64,000 nucleotides of DNA from Octopus vulgaris (GCA_951406725.2 OX597815.1:130324001-130388000); one strand, 5' to 3'. Shown: positions 24,735-37,686, counted from the first letter of the stretch. Program-made: numbers and translations. The notes: a model not told the origin generated them from the letters alone.

Positions 24735-26068
24735 CACAACGTAACAACTTTTTTTAAAAATTGTTTATTGTATTTTTTTTTATTGTTTATCAATCCATTT
24801 TTTCTGATGTTTCCAAAAATGAAATTATTTTTTGTGTATCATCAACAGTTAAAAAAATATGTCGACTTTCAATGTTATTATATAATGTTCCGCTACTAAA
24901 TGTATGTCTAATTTTCTCTTTCAGACCAATTACTAAGTTGTGCTACTTTCAGGATGGCTACTAGAGTATGTAAAAATTCTCCAGATACATTTTGCTATGT
25001 GTGTGGTTATTATATTGGAAAAAAGCAGGTATTACATAAGATCGTGAAAGGTGCTAAATTGTGGACAGTGTACAGACTATTTCGGAATGCCCATGGGTGA
25101 CCAGGACAAACCATGGGCCCCCACATGTGATATGTGGAAGCTGTCAGTCTACTTTAGAATGATGGTTAAGAGGTACAGGACGGTCAATGCCTTTTGCCAT
25201 TCCAAGGGTATGGAGAGAGCCAAAGAACCATCACGATGACTGTTACTTTTGTATGATCGATGTGACAAAGTACAGAAAAGTGAAAAGAAGACAAGCTCTT
25301 CAGTATCCAGACATACCATCATCTAGAGCACCTGACAGTTTGCGAGTACCACTACCACCAGAAAATATTTCATCTGAAGAGTCGACAAGTAGCAGCAGCC
25401 AAGAAATGGAGGAAATTTCGTACCATGAACGACTTCAGAGCTTCACTTTCCAAATCAGAGTGAGCTAGATAATTTAATCAGGGATCTGGGTCTTTCTAAG
25501 TCAGGAGCTGAACTTTCATGAAGGTTGAAGGAATGGAATCTACTGGGGGAAGACTGCAAGACATCTGTGTACTGGAAACGCCATGAAGTGAGGATTACGG
25601 TGAGAGATTTCATCAGGATGTCGCAACTATGGAAAGAAAGTACTAAGGACGATGGAATACTCCTATGATGGGAGATTATATATGGTCTCTAGTCAGAAGA
25701 GATGAAGGTAAACACTCCAGAAAATCTCGATCGTCAAAGCACTTCTCATCTTAAGAAAAGAGTTATCAAGGTATTTACAGTGCAGAGTTTTATTGTTTCT
25801 TTTTGTTCTAATATTATACTTCATAAATACCTTTCAATATATGAAAAAGTACTAAATGTTGTGTAATTATCCTTACAATACAGAATAGATTGAACCAACA
25901 AAGTGCTGTAGAGAAAATTTACAAATAGAACGAGCGAATATGAAATTAGGAATAAATATATAACTATCGATGTTACGTCAAAACGAATGTGATTTTTGGA
26001 TTTAGTGGCAAAAAATGCATGTATGAACATTAAAAAATACAAATAAACAAAACATGTGTTACATTGTG
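24735..26068 (+). mobile_element. Internally deleted Chapaev3-like (CMC) DNA transposon inserted in the Gypsy 3' LTR
   Basis: CACAACGTAACA...TGTTACATTGTG TIRs; TTA TSD (empty site gaattatgtg in the 5' LTR); transposase remnants FCYVCG, GDQDKPWAP, MPFAIPRVWREPKNHHDDCYFC, GERFHQD. Superfamily assigned from CAC termini plus TWA TSD. Confidence 0.8.
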
Positions 26069-26344
26069 TTATGTGTACCAACGACAAAATAAGTCCAGTG
26101 AATAAATTATTTTTAACTATGAATGTGCGTACATATTTCTTTTGCATCTGTTCACCTGATGCACACGCATTAACCACTACAACCCTTTAGGTTAATAACG
26201 TGATATAACGGTGAATTCAAAGTTTTAACAACAGTGATCCCCAGAAAACCGTGACAAAATGTTCATAATAATTCTGGATGTTTACAAAATATTTCGATGC
26301 TAGGTTTTAGTATATTAATACAGGAATGTAAATATTCTTTTTTT

Positions 26345-26665
26345 TTCTACTCTAGGCACAAAGCCCAAAATTATTAGGGAGGGGGCCAGTCGATTTGATC
26401 GACCTCAGGACGCAACTGGTACTTAATTTATCAACCCCCAAAAGATGAAAAGCAAAGTCGGTCTCGGCAGAATTTGAACTCAGAATGTAAAGACAGACGA
26501 AATACTGCTAATCATTTTGCCCGGCGTGCTAACGTTTCTTTTCTACTCTAGGCACAAGGCCCGAAATTTGGTGGGAGGAGCCCAGACGATTAGATCGACC
26601 CCAGTACGCAAATGGTACTTAATTTATCGATCCCGAAAGGATGAAAGGCAAAGTTGACCTCGGGA
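26345..26665 (-). mobile_element. Two tandem SINE family A copies
   Basis: Reverse complement of the family A motifs. Confidence 0.8.
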
Positions 26666-26953
26666 TTGTGAACTTTTATAGAAATTCACAATCCCATTCT
26701 TCTCAATATGACTTTTCGCGGACGATGCCTTTCTCTACAAAGCAATATAAATATATCGATATATCTTTGTTAAGCTACACGCAAAGAAACTAGTGGAGAT
26801 GAGAATACATTTATCAAATGTTTATCACTTTGCGTACACCAGGGCTTAAGTCGCCAGTTATTTCTGTTTAGCTCATTCAGATTCGTTTAACTCTCCCGGA
26901 AGTCCCTTTCGCTGCTGATCAACTTCCTAGTTAGCCCGCAGCGCAGTTCCTGT

Positions 26954-28028
26954 TGTAGCGTGACTGATATCCTCACTTTTGAGAGACACATTAAGAATAA
27001 TCTCGTATGAGATTACAACCATCTTTGGCTAGTTTAACCCTGTTGTGTCCACTACACTGATTAGTTGGCATTTGGCGCGGTTTGTCTCTCGAATTATTTC
27101 GCGCCAGTGTGTAAGCCAACCAATCACGGCCTTCGGATAAGGTCTCGTGACACTGTTTTTCTGATCCTTCATTTGAGCCACCTAAACACTATAAAAAGCC
27201 CAGCATTCATTATTTCGGGTCTTTGGCTCTAGACCTTCTAAGGTCTAGTCACTGACTACCGAGCTACTCAGCCGTGTTCCAGTTCCAGCGACAGTCGACC
27301 AGTCATGCTCCTGATTCAGCCATGAAGACGCTATTATACACCAGCGACAGACAGGACGTTCTCCGTCGCCTTCGTCTCGACGTTGCCTTCCTCTGTCGCC
27401 GCCATCACCATCGTCGTCCTTCAACTCTGCGTCGTCTCCATCTCCGTCGACTTCAGCAATATGTACACATCAACATCGTCCAGGTCTAAACTACACGCTG
27501 TTTGTGAATATTTCACCGAGGTAAAACAGTTGCAGTCTACCTGAAAGAACTTTCTGTATCAAGAGACTCGGCACGGCATTGAAGTCCCAACCGCTGCACG
27601 ACATGTGCCCAACCGGCCTCTGCCTCGTGTCCACAATATCTTGTTATAGAACTTGCTATCGTGTACCTCACTTACGAACTGGTAAACAAATTCCATCTTA
27701 ACTTAATATGCTGAGACATTCATCTTATGTTCTATATTCTGTTCTATACGCATACACTTTCTGTCGCACCCACGAACACACAAACACAAACACTTGTCGC
27801 ACGCTTTCAGACACTACACCTTACTAGCACTCACACACTCTCTCTTTGTACACTTTGTAAATAAAGTCTTCTCTCTCAAACAGTTGAACGGTTGTTGTCC
27901 TTCATTCATTCCTTTTGGTACTGTATTCTGTATTATGTATTTGGCTTCCTATTTTGTTAGGGGCGACCGTGCGGCGTCAAAAGGAGACATTTGTCACCAA
28001 CTCCTTACGTACGTTCGTATTCCCTACA
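26954..28028 (+). mobile_element. Solo LTR (~1.07 kb)
   Basis: TGTAG...CTACA termini, perfect 4-bp TSD ctgt, TATA-like ctataaaaag at about 27189, aataaa at about 27860. Confidence 0.8.
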
Positions 28029-28409
28029 CTGTCATGAATCCTGCCCTACACCAACACCAATTTGCATTCTCTATTGCAAAATCTATCACATTTAATCTTG
28101 GTTGATACAATTGATCCTTCGCTCAGTCTTCTACGTAGCATCTTGGGTGACTTTAAAGGAGCCCTCTCTGTTGCAAGCATTAGGGTTGGGTCTTTAGTCT
28201 GAAGATACATTTTCCCCTTTCTGCCCCTGCAATCTGGGAAACTCTGTAAGCGGTCATGGCCACAATCGTCCCTCCTGACTAGAAGATAACATAAAAAAAG
28301 CTTCGTTCAGAAGGCAAATGAAATTTAAAAATACCAAACTGTGTAATAATGACAGTTAGCTTCTTAACTCAACCGAAGTTTCGGCAAACATATTACTCAA
28401 TCGTAATAA

Positions 28410-28805
28410 TCCTTTCTGTTATAGGAACAAGGCCTGGAGTTTAACGGGAGGGGATTAGTTGATTACATCAACCCCAGGATTTCACTGGTACTTAATTTAT
28501 CGACCCCGAAAGGATGAGAGGTAAATCGACCTTGGCGGAATTCGAACTCAGAATGTAGCGACGGGTGAAATACATATTTCTTGACTACCCACAAGGGGCT
28601 AAACACAGAGAGGACAAACCAAGGACAGACAAACGGATTAAGTCGATTATATCGACCCCAGTGTGTAACTGGTATTTATTTAATCGACCGTGAAAGGATG
28701 AAAGGCAAAGTCGACCTCGGCAGAATTGGAACTCAGAACGTAGCGGCAGACGAAATACCGCTAAGCATTTCGTCTATCGTGCTAATGACTGGCGGCTTGC
28801 CACTT
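28410..28805 (-). mobile_element. Two tandem SINE family A copies
   Basis: Reverse complement of the family A motifs. Confidence 0.8.
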
Positions 28806-29523
28806 TAATAATAATGATGATGATGATAACAACAACAACAATAATAATAATAAGGCTCCTGGCTTAAAATCTGAAACAGAAGGATTTATCGTAGCAGCCC
28901 AAGATCAATGCCTACCTACAAGGAACTACCAAGCCAACATATTCAAAAACGGCATCTTCCCAACATGCCGTGTATGTCAACAACAAAAACCATTGATCAT
29001 ATTGTCTCCATGTGCAGTCTTCTTGCGCCTACAGAGTATCTCAACAAGCATGATAGAGCTGCATAATATATTCACTGGGTAATTTGCAAAAACCTGGACT
29101 TACCCCATGATAAAAACTGGTGGGAACACAAACCACCTCCAGTGCTTGAAAATGATCACATCTCACTCCTCTGGAACTTCACCATTCGAACTGACAGAAA
29201 GATAGATGCAAATAGGCCAGACATAATATTGAATGACTTCAGGCAAAAGTCATGCCTCCTCATTGATATGACTGTCCCAATCGATATAAACGTATCTGTC
29301 AAGACCTACCAAAAACTGAGCAAGTATAAAGATCTTGAAATAGAAATTAGCAAAATGTGGAACCTGAAGACGAAAACAATACCTGTTGCCATAGGTGCCT
29401 TAGGAATGATAGCAAAAGGAGCTGATTGCTACCTAGCTCAGATACCAGGAAACCCTAAAATGGCAGAAATTCAAAAGATAGTGCTCGGAACTGCCCATAT
29501 CCTACACTAAACACTTTCTATGT

Positions 29524-32500
29524 TGTGGTGTTATGGGCTGTGATGAGATGTGGTGTTGGTGGAGAGGATTGCAGTTGAGGTAAACGGAAGTGAAAACTGC
29601 AGGGGCCGGCGGAAGATCCACGGAGGAATGCGTGGGCAAAAAGCGCGAGTTGGCATTTCGAAGAGAGACGGCAGCGTGCAAGGACGTTTTTTTCTTGACA
29701 GTGATCGCTCATCCCGCCTTGGTCAACAGGTAAGCTCTCTGTATTTCTTTCTCCCTTTTGCTTCTTTTTCCTCTATCACACTACAAGCTATTTCGGCCCA
29801 TAACTAAAAAGAAAAAAACGAATGATGAGTGTAGTCCGTATTTCGAACGATGTGGTCAAACTGTTTTGCGGTGACACGGATGTAGTCGCTTGGTTGAAGA
29901 AGATAAAGTTGGTTGCGAAACACCACGGTGTAAACGACTTAGCGAGTTTTATACCGCTGTACCTAGATGGTTCGGCGTTGGCGCTATACCTAGAAATGGA
30001 AGAAAGGGACTAGCTTAGCACGGAAAAAATAGCAATCTGTTTGATGGAGGCCTTTGCAGAAGGGATGTTCGAAGCGTACGCTCGTCTGAGGAAAGCAAGT
30101 GAACTGGCGAACAGGTCGACGTATTTGCGAATGAGCTCAGAAGATTGGCTAAACTGGCGGGATATGAAGGCGAATCACTGGACCGAACGGTTAAGTTAGC
30201 GTTTGTGACTGGCTTTCCTGACCACATGTCGGTCGAGTTGCAAAAGCTGCCGAACATTAACTCTATGGCGATGGCAGACATTATATCTCGGGCTCGCGTG
30301 CTAGTTTCGTGTTGCAGGACAACGCCGGTAGCAGCGACTGCAACAATGAAAAGTGGCCGAGCAAGGAGCAGCGGAGAGGGGTCAAACAAGAAACGTCTGT
30401 GACCATGCAAAGGACAGTGTTTCCAGTGTCAGGGCCCGCATATGGTACGAAACTGCAAGTCACTCAAGCCTGATGCCATTTGGTGCCGGTGTCGAGAAAC
30501 GGGACATATAGCCAGCGAATGTCTGCGGGGAAACGGTCTAAGGGAGACTACTGCGCCGGTAGTTATCCCTTCGGATCAATAGAAGCGCGTTTATCGTTAC
30601 CTGTAGTCGACATTCTGGTGGAGGGGAAGATGTTGCGAGCCTTTGTGGACACGGACTGTACGATGACCCTGATGACTCCAGAAGTGGCAGAGACATGGAG
30701 TGGAGAAAGCAGTATAAGGGCAGTCGACGGAAGAGAGGTACACTGTGAAGGCATTACAGATGCGCAGATTATGGTGCACAGAACAAAGCTAACGCTGCGA
30801 GTAATTGTAGTTGGCCACTTGGTGGACGAGATTGCCGTGGTGATGGGGATGGATGCAATCACCCGTTTAGGAGGTGTCACTATCAACAAGGCCGGTATAA
30901 TGTTCGGGTTTGCGGGGAAACCGTGTATGGCGAGACCGTGCATTGGTGAGAACCGCGAAGAAAAGTATGCTGCATACACCATTGAAGACCGGGTCTTTCG
31001 TGCTGTCTTCAATGGCCAGAGGTGGACAGTGGAGTGGCACTGGAAGGGAGAGCCCCCGACGTTAAAAAATAAAGTGGGTGCTATCAGAATACTCTGAAAG
31101 GAGATGGTAGAAGTGAGTTCGAGGGGGAGGTGGAGCGGTGGATTAAGGAGGGCATATTGATCCCTTGGGAAGAAGTAGAGAGCGGAGTCCTGCCGCTGAT
31201 GGCGGTGATACAGCCCACAAAGCATAAGGTCAGGCCAGTGCTTGACTTCCGAGAGCTGAATACAGGCGGCGAGGCCACATATGTCTGCGGGGACACCTTG
31301 CGAGAGTGGAGGCAAATGACAGAGGCCTCCACGATCGTCGATTTGAGGTCGACATACCTGCAGGTGTATGTGGCTGAGAGACTGTGGAAGTATCAGCTTG
31401 TCAGGTATAAGGGCCGGACATACTGTCTGACCAGGCTGGGGTTCGGGCTAAATTCAGCGCCAAAGTTTATGGCAACAATTCTTAAGGCCATCCTGGGAAA
31501 GGTGGACAGGGTAAAAAGGGCCACCAATTTGTACATTGATGACATCCTGGTGGATGACGTAATGCCTGCAACGGAGGTCATAGGTCACCTGAAGAGTTTT
31601 GGAATGATCGCCAAGCCACCAGAGGCGATGGAGGGAGGTGCTGCGCTGGGCCTCAAGCTATAGAGAGACAAGGCCGGCGCGTTGGTGTTCCGGCGAGGGA
31701 ACGAAATCCCCGAACTGGGCACCAGCATGAGTAGACGGGAACTGTTCTCAGTGTATGGGAAGCTGGTGGGACACTATTCGATTGCAGGGTGGCTCTGAAT
31801 AGCATGTAGCTTCATCAAGAGACGAGCCGAAGGAGCGAAGTGGAACGATAGAGTGGGGGAGAAAACGACCGACATGATACAGGAAGTCTTGGTCAGAGTG
31901 AGAGCAGAGGATACAGTGGGGGACAAATGGTATGTTCCCAAATCAAAGAGCGGGATCGTATGGTGTGACGCCAGTAGCATCACAATAGGGGTTGTCTTGG
32001 AAGTGGGAGGCGTCGTGGTGGAAGATGCAGTCTGGCTCAGAAAGACGGATAACTGCAACCATATAAATGTGGCGGAGTTGGATGCCGTGTCGAAGGGAGT
32101 GAACCTAGATTTGAAGTGAGGGTTGCGCACCATAGAAATTAGGACCGATTCGGTCACTGAACTTGGTTGAGTGACAACAGTTATCACCAATGAGCGGGGG
32201 TATGAACCAAAGGACCTGCTGAGATGTTGGTAAAGCGTCGATTGGGAATACTGCGTGAACTAACCACTGAGGTCAATCTGAGCTGAGTGTGATCTTTGTG
32301 CCTTCTGAGAACAGGGCAGACGTCCAGACCAGGGTAAAGCGAGCCTGGTTGCAGGTGCCAGAGGATGAAGAGCAGGCTGTGGCTGCAGTATGCCGTCTGA
32401 GTGACTCGGAGTTGAGAAGATTGCATACCATGCATCACATGGGGGTGGACAGGACATTGTTCCTAGCCAGAAAAGTTGACTCCGATGTAACAAGACGGAG

Positions 32501-33769
32501 CGTGCAGAGAGTGGTTAGCAGCTGTGAAGGTGCCAGTCCATCGACCCTGCTCCGGACGTACATGAGGCGGGAAGTATTCCAGTGGATCACAACTGAACAC
32601 GACTGGCAGTTGTCATAACACACTACCGTCAGGGGACATACCTCTCAATGGTTGATTGCGGACCGGGACGGTTGGCCATATGGAGGGAGATGAAGACGAG
32701 GACCGCAGAGGAAATCGTGTGAGTACTAAATGAGATATTCCTGGAACGAGACCCCGTGGATGAGCTGCTTCTGGATAATGGAACCTCATTTCGCTCGGAG
32801 GTGCTGAAAGACATGCGTGATGGGTGGTAGGTCAACCGCTTCTTCAGGGCGGCATACCGGCCAAGTGGAAATGGAGTGGTGAAAAGGCATCATCGTACCA
32901 TCAAGACCATGGCAGAGAGGGGCCACATTTTACCAATCGAGACCGTATTTTGATACAATATATCACCCAGGACAGGACAGGCTGAGGAGTCGGTGTGACA
33001 CAGGGCAATATTCAGGTAGGAGTGAAGGCATCCATGTACTGCATCAATGCGACCCGGGACAAAGGAAGATCACGCCTTCGTGCAGGTCGGGGAAGAAGTT
33101 TGGGTAAAATCCCCAAACGCACGGTGTACATCACGATGGGGAAAGGGAACAATAACCTCCATCAATTCGAAGAACAACGTCTCTGTCGATGGTATGCCAC
33201 GCCATGTTTTGGGTGTGCGGAAGACTGTCAATGCCTCAGAGGATGGAACCAGCAGTGGCGGGCAAGAAGATGAAGACAGCAACAGTAAGCAAGAAGATGA
33301 AGACAGCAGCAGTAGGCAAGATGAGGAAGCCAGCAGCAGCATGCCAGGAACTCAGGCCAGTAGCTGGGTCACACGGCGACCACAGAGGGAGCGACACCCT
33401 CCTCCCTGGTTGGCTGATTATGAAACCAGTTAAGGTGTGAGTTCGAGAGCGAGGAATGAGTGGGAAAGCCGGTTGAATGATCTGTAGATCGGGGGGGGGT
33501 ATGGGCTGTGATGAGCTATATAGTGTTGGTGGAGAGGATTGCAGATGAGGTAAACGGAAGTGAAGACTGCAGGGGCCGGCAGAAGAGCCACGGGGGCATG
33601 CGTGGGCCGGCAGCACGTGTGGGTAGTTCGATGAGAGACGGCAGCGTGCAAGGACGTGTTTTTTCTTGACAGTGATCGCTCATCCCGCCTAGGTCAACAG
33701 GTAAAGTCTCTGTATTTCTTTGTCCTTTTTGCTTCTTTTTCTGTTGTCATTTTTCTCCATCACAGTACA
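29524..33769 (+). mobile_element. Full-length decayed Gypsy-like LTR retrotransposon (element P1)
   Basis: LTRs 29524-29785 and about 33500-33769; 5-bp TSD tatgt; poly-G PPT; gag with zinc knuckles; PR VDTDC; RT LGFGLNSAP/YIDD; RH WCDAS..HINVAELD; IN HHMG; domain order PR-RT-RH-IN. Confidence 0.92.
29786..29797 (+). promoter_or_regulatory. Atypical primer-binding site AGCTATTTCGGC (complement of tRNA-Phe nt 1-12)
   Basis: Lies immediately after the 5' LTR CA; identical in element P2; reverse complement is GCCGAAATAGCT. Confidence 0.8.
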
Positions 33770-33965
33770 TATGTAATCTCAAATTTTAAAACAAACACAT
33801 AATTTTCTTATGGTTTCTTAAACATTCTCTAGAACAACACTATGTACAAAACCAAGTATATGGCTCCCTAAGCACAACACAAACATCAACGTATAACTTG
33901 TCTCTTGAAATCTCTGGGTGAGACTTGGAGCCAACTTGTACAAATGTAAAGCGAAAGTCAAACAT

Positions 33966-33967
33966 AA

Positions 33968-34021
<54 letters not shown>

Positions 34022-34233
34022 TATTATTATTATTATTATTAATAATTATTATTACTACCCATGTATTTTAATTTAACTTAAAAAAAAAAATGAACGAACT
34101 ATTGAGTTTAGTTTAATGGCCTACCAATGTATACTATGAGTTTCTTTGCCTTAGGAGTCGGGAAGACACTCGGCAAGAAATGGAAGCAAATTTGAAAGAA
34201 GAAAAAAAAGTAATAACAATAATAATAATAATG

Positions 34234-34289
<56 letters not shown>

Positions 34290-34290
34290 T
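33966..34290. repeat. (TAA)n/(TTA)n microsatellites
   Basis: Direct reading: 33966-34055 and 34210-34290. Confidence 0.95.
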
Positions 34291-34612
34291 GTTTCAAATT
34301 TTGCCACAGGGCTAGCAATTTTGAGGGGAGGGTTATGTCAATACCATCAAGTCGAGTATTGAGTGGTACTTTATTTTATCGTTCCCGAAAGGATGAAAAG
34401 CAATGTTGACCTCGGCGTGATTTGAACGCTCAAGAATAATGATTATATTAAAAAAAGATTTAATAACATTTTAGACAGGTTAAAGAGCCCCACCACCACC
34501 ACCAACACCACCACCACACGTAAACACAAGAACAGCGACAGTTTCCACCAGCAAGTTCCCTTAGAAAGCAATGGTCGGCCCAGGAATAAAGAAGACACTT
34601 GCTTAGGATGTC

Positions 34613-37600
34613 TGTGGGGATGAGATGAACCGGAAGGAAAGGGCTGTGACGTCAACGGCCGAAGGGCTCCACCGGAACAGGAAGGGCGAGAGAGAAAGTG
34701 AAAGAAGCAAGACTAGAGTTGTGCTATTTCGAGTTGGGGTAGAGGTGGTGAACGGACGCGAGTGGACCAGCTGCTAACGTTACGTGAGACGGGAAGAGCA
34801 CGTGTTTGGACTTAACACAGTTAGACAGCTGTCAACGAGAGGTAGGTGAATCATATTTTATCCCCGCAGTACAGTTCCCTCATACCACAAGCTATTTCGG
34901 CTCTCGTATATGAATATATTTTTCTGTTGTTGTCCTCTTCCAGGAGATGACAGCGAAGATAAGAATCGGCAACGATGCCGTCAGACCTTTCTGTAGCAAA
35001 CGAGATGTGATCGCCTGGATCCGTAAGATCATGGTGGTGGCCAGACTACAAGTCATCAGCGATGTAGCAGGTCTCATGGCCATGTATCTGAAGGGAAGCG
35101 CGTTGGCGCTGAACTTCGAGGTGGATGAGGAAGACCAACTGAACTCGGCGAAGATCGAGCAGTGCTTCAAAGAAGCCAATACGGAAGGAATGTACGTCGT
35201 GTTTGTTAAGCTGGGAACGGTCAGGTGCGCAGGGAACAGACGACAAGTATGCTGCAGGGGTTCGGAGACTGGTCATGCTATCTGGTTTTACCGGAGAGGG
35301 CCTAGAGAAGGTGGCAAGATTGGCTTTCGCAAATGGTTTTCCCGACGACAAATGGCGACTCAAAACATCGAGCAGAAGGCACTGGCAATGACAGTTGGGG
35401 AATCCTGCGACGGAATGCGACGATCAGTAAAGAATGAGGAGAGAAAACTGCCGTGGAGCGATAGAGACCGTTCATGGGCCGGTGTTTCAAGTGTTAGGGA
35501 CCGCACATGACAAGGGACTGCGAGGAGACAAAGCCTGGACCTGTTTGCTACCGGTACAGGCAGACTGGGCATATCGCTCGAAACTGCAGCCAGGGAAAAG
35601 GCCACAAGAAAGTTTCTGCTTCTGAAACCTCCCCCACTGAAGTTTTGGTTGGGGGAAAGGCGTTCAAAGCCCTCGTGGATACGGGCTGTGGGACGTCTCT
35701 CGTGACCCCGAGGGTGACAAAAAAAAGTGGGGCGGACAAGTAGTGTTCGGGCGGTCGACGGCAGCGAAACTGGATGTAAGGGTAGCAGTGAAGTGGAGAT
35801 AGCAGTGCGGGGCACAACGCTGAGGTTTCAGGCGATTGTGATCGACCATGTGATAGACGGAATTGACGTGGTGAACGCAATCAACCGCCTTGGAGGTATC
35901 AGTGTCAGTGGAAACGTGGTTTCGTTTGGTGGTGCAGGGGCATCATGCTCTGTGAGTCTGCAACATGAGAGGGGGAAGAGCTCCGTGGGGAATTGTGCGG
36001 CTTACACCACCGAGGACAAAGATTTTCGGGTGGTGCGATACAAGGGCTAGACATACTGTTTTACTAGGCTGGATTACGAGCTAAATTCTGCGCCAAAGAT
36101 CATGGTGACAGTGCTCAAATCTATCCTGGGGATGGTGGACAAGATTTAAAAGGCCACCAATTCCTATATAGACAACATACAACATCTTGGTAGATGAGAC
36201 TGTGGTGTCTGCCGCAGAGATTGTAAATCATCTAAAGAAGTTCGGGCTGACTGCGAAGCAACCGGAGCCAATGGGTGGAGGAACTGCACTGAGGTTCAAG
36301 CTTCAAAGAAAAAAAAAACAGGTGTATTGGTGTTTCGGAGGGGGAATGAGATCCCGGAGCTGGGTACCAGCGTCAACAGGCGAGAGCTATTCTCGGTGTG
36401 TGGGAGAGCAGTGGGTCACTATCCAATCGCAGGGTGGCTACGAATATCGTGCAGCTACATCAAGAGACAAGCAGACGGAACAAAGTGGGAGAGGAAACGG
36501 TGGTGATGATGCAGGAGATCCTAAAGAGGGCAAGAGCAGAAAACCCAGTAAGAGGAAACTGGTACGTGCCCAAACTGGAGAATGGGACCGTATGGTGCGG
36601 AGCTAGCTGCATAGCGATAGGGGTTGTTCTGGAAATCGGAGGCGTCGAAGTGGCTTCGAAAAGCAGATGATTACAACCATATCAACGTGGCTGAGTTGGA
36701 CGGAGTGCTGAAGGGAGTGAATCTGGCCCTGAAATGGGGGCTGCATTCCACCGAAATCCGAACCGATTCGGCTACCGTGTTCACCGATGAAAAGAGAGTT
36801 TGAACCAAAGGGGATGCAGAGAGATTAGTAAAGCGCCGCCTAGGGTTCTAGGAGAGCTAGCTGCCGAATTTGGTTTGAAGCTGGGCGTAGTCTTTATGCC
36901 TTCAGAAAGGAACAAGGCAGATATTTCAACCAGGGTGAAAAATACCTGGTTGGCGGAGCCGAGAGATTCGAAATGGGATAGCTGTAGTGTGTCGGCTAAG
37001 TGACTCGGAACTAAGGAGAGTGCATGCCATGCATCATATGAGCGTAGATAGAACCCTGTATCTTGCCAGAAGGGTTGACTCCTACGTTATTAGACAGAAC
37101 ATTCAAAAAGTGGTCGGGAACTATAATAGGTGTCAATCCATCGACCCTGCTCCGGGTGTGAGCGAGCAGGGAAACATCTCGGTAGAGCACAACTGGAGAC
37201 GATTGGTGGTGGATGTGACACACTACCGGCAGGGGACGTATCTCTCGATGATCGACTGGACCGGGTCGATTGGCCATATGGATGGAAATGAAGACAGGCA
37301 CTGCAGATGAGTTGCACGTATCTTGAATTAGATATTCGTGGAGCGGGGCCCTGTGGATGAATTGCTGATGGACAACGGCACTGCATTTCGTTCGAAGATA
37401 CTGAAAGAGATGCTTGATAAGTAGAATGTGTACCGCTTCTTCAGAGCAGCATACAGGCCGAGTGGAAATGATATCGTGGAAAGGCACCATGGTGAAGACG
37501 GGACACTAGAAGTGGTATTCTGGTACAATATATTGCTCCGACCAGGACAGGCCAAAGAGTCCGTTCCACACAGAGTGATATTCAGATATGAATGGTGGCA

Positions 37601-37627
37601 TCTGAGTAAACCATCAAAATGCCCTGC

Positions 37628-37686
<59 letters not shown>

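Larger units (their letters stand above)
19899..26181 (+). mobile_element. Ty3/Gypsy LTR retrotransposon, CsRn1-like clade, decayed
   Basis: LTR ends accactaca at 20068 and 26181; PBS tggtgacccc (tRNA-Trp type) at 20071; gag CHCC motif CWYHRKF..AQKCTIPC; PR LVDTGA; RT MPFGLRNA/YIDD; RH; IN HPGI..CVVC..HIDIVGPLP..TDRG..NGMVER, GPY. The 5' boundary is uncertain. Confidence 0.92.
28855..33965 (+). mobile_element. 5'-truncated R4/Dong-clade non-LTR retrotransposon (restriction-like endonuclease) in a (TAA)n tract, split by an LTR element
   Basis: ETEGFIVAAQDQ, CRVC..TIDHIVSMC, HD, NRPDIIL..LIDMTVP..KLSKYKDL..IPVAIGALG; flanked by (aat)n at 28841 and (taa)n at 33966+; the 3' UTR resumes at 33770. 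Confidence 0.88.

Noticed and set aside
30563-31315. 250-aa antisense ORF
   Set aside because: Shadow of the Gypsy pol on the opposite strand; no recognisable motifs
34613-34889. Tf1-like self-priming as the explanation of the atypical PBS
   Set aside because: Only a partial gccgaagggct occurs in the P2 5' LTR and nothing comparable in the P1 LTRs, whereas the tRNA-Phe match is 12/12; not fully excluded without consensus sequences
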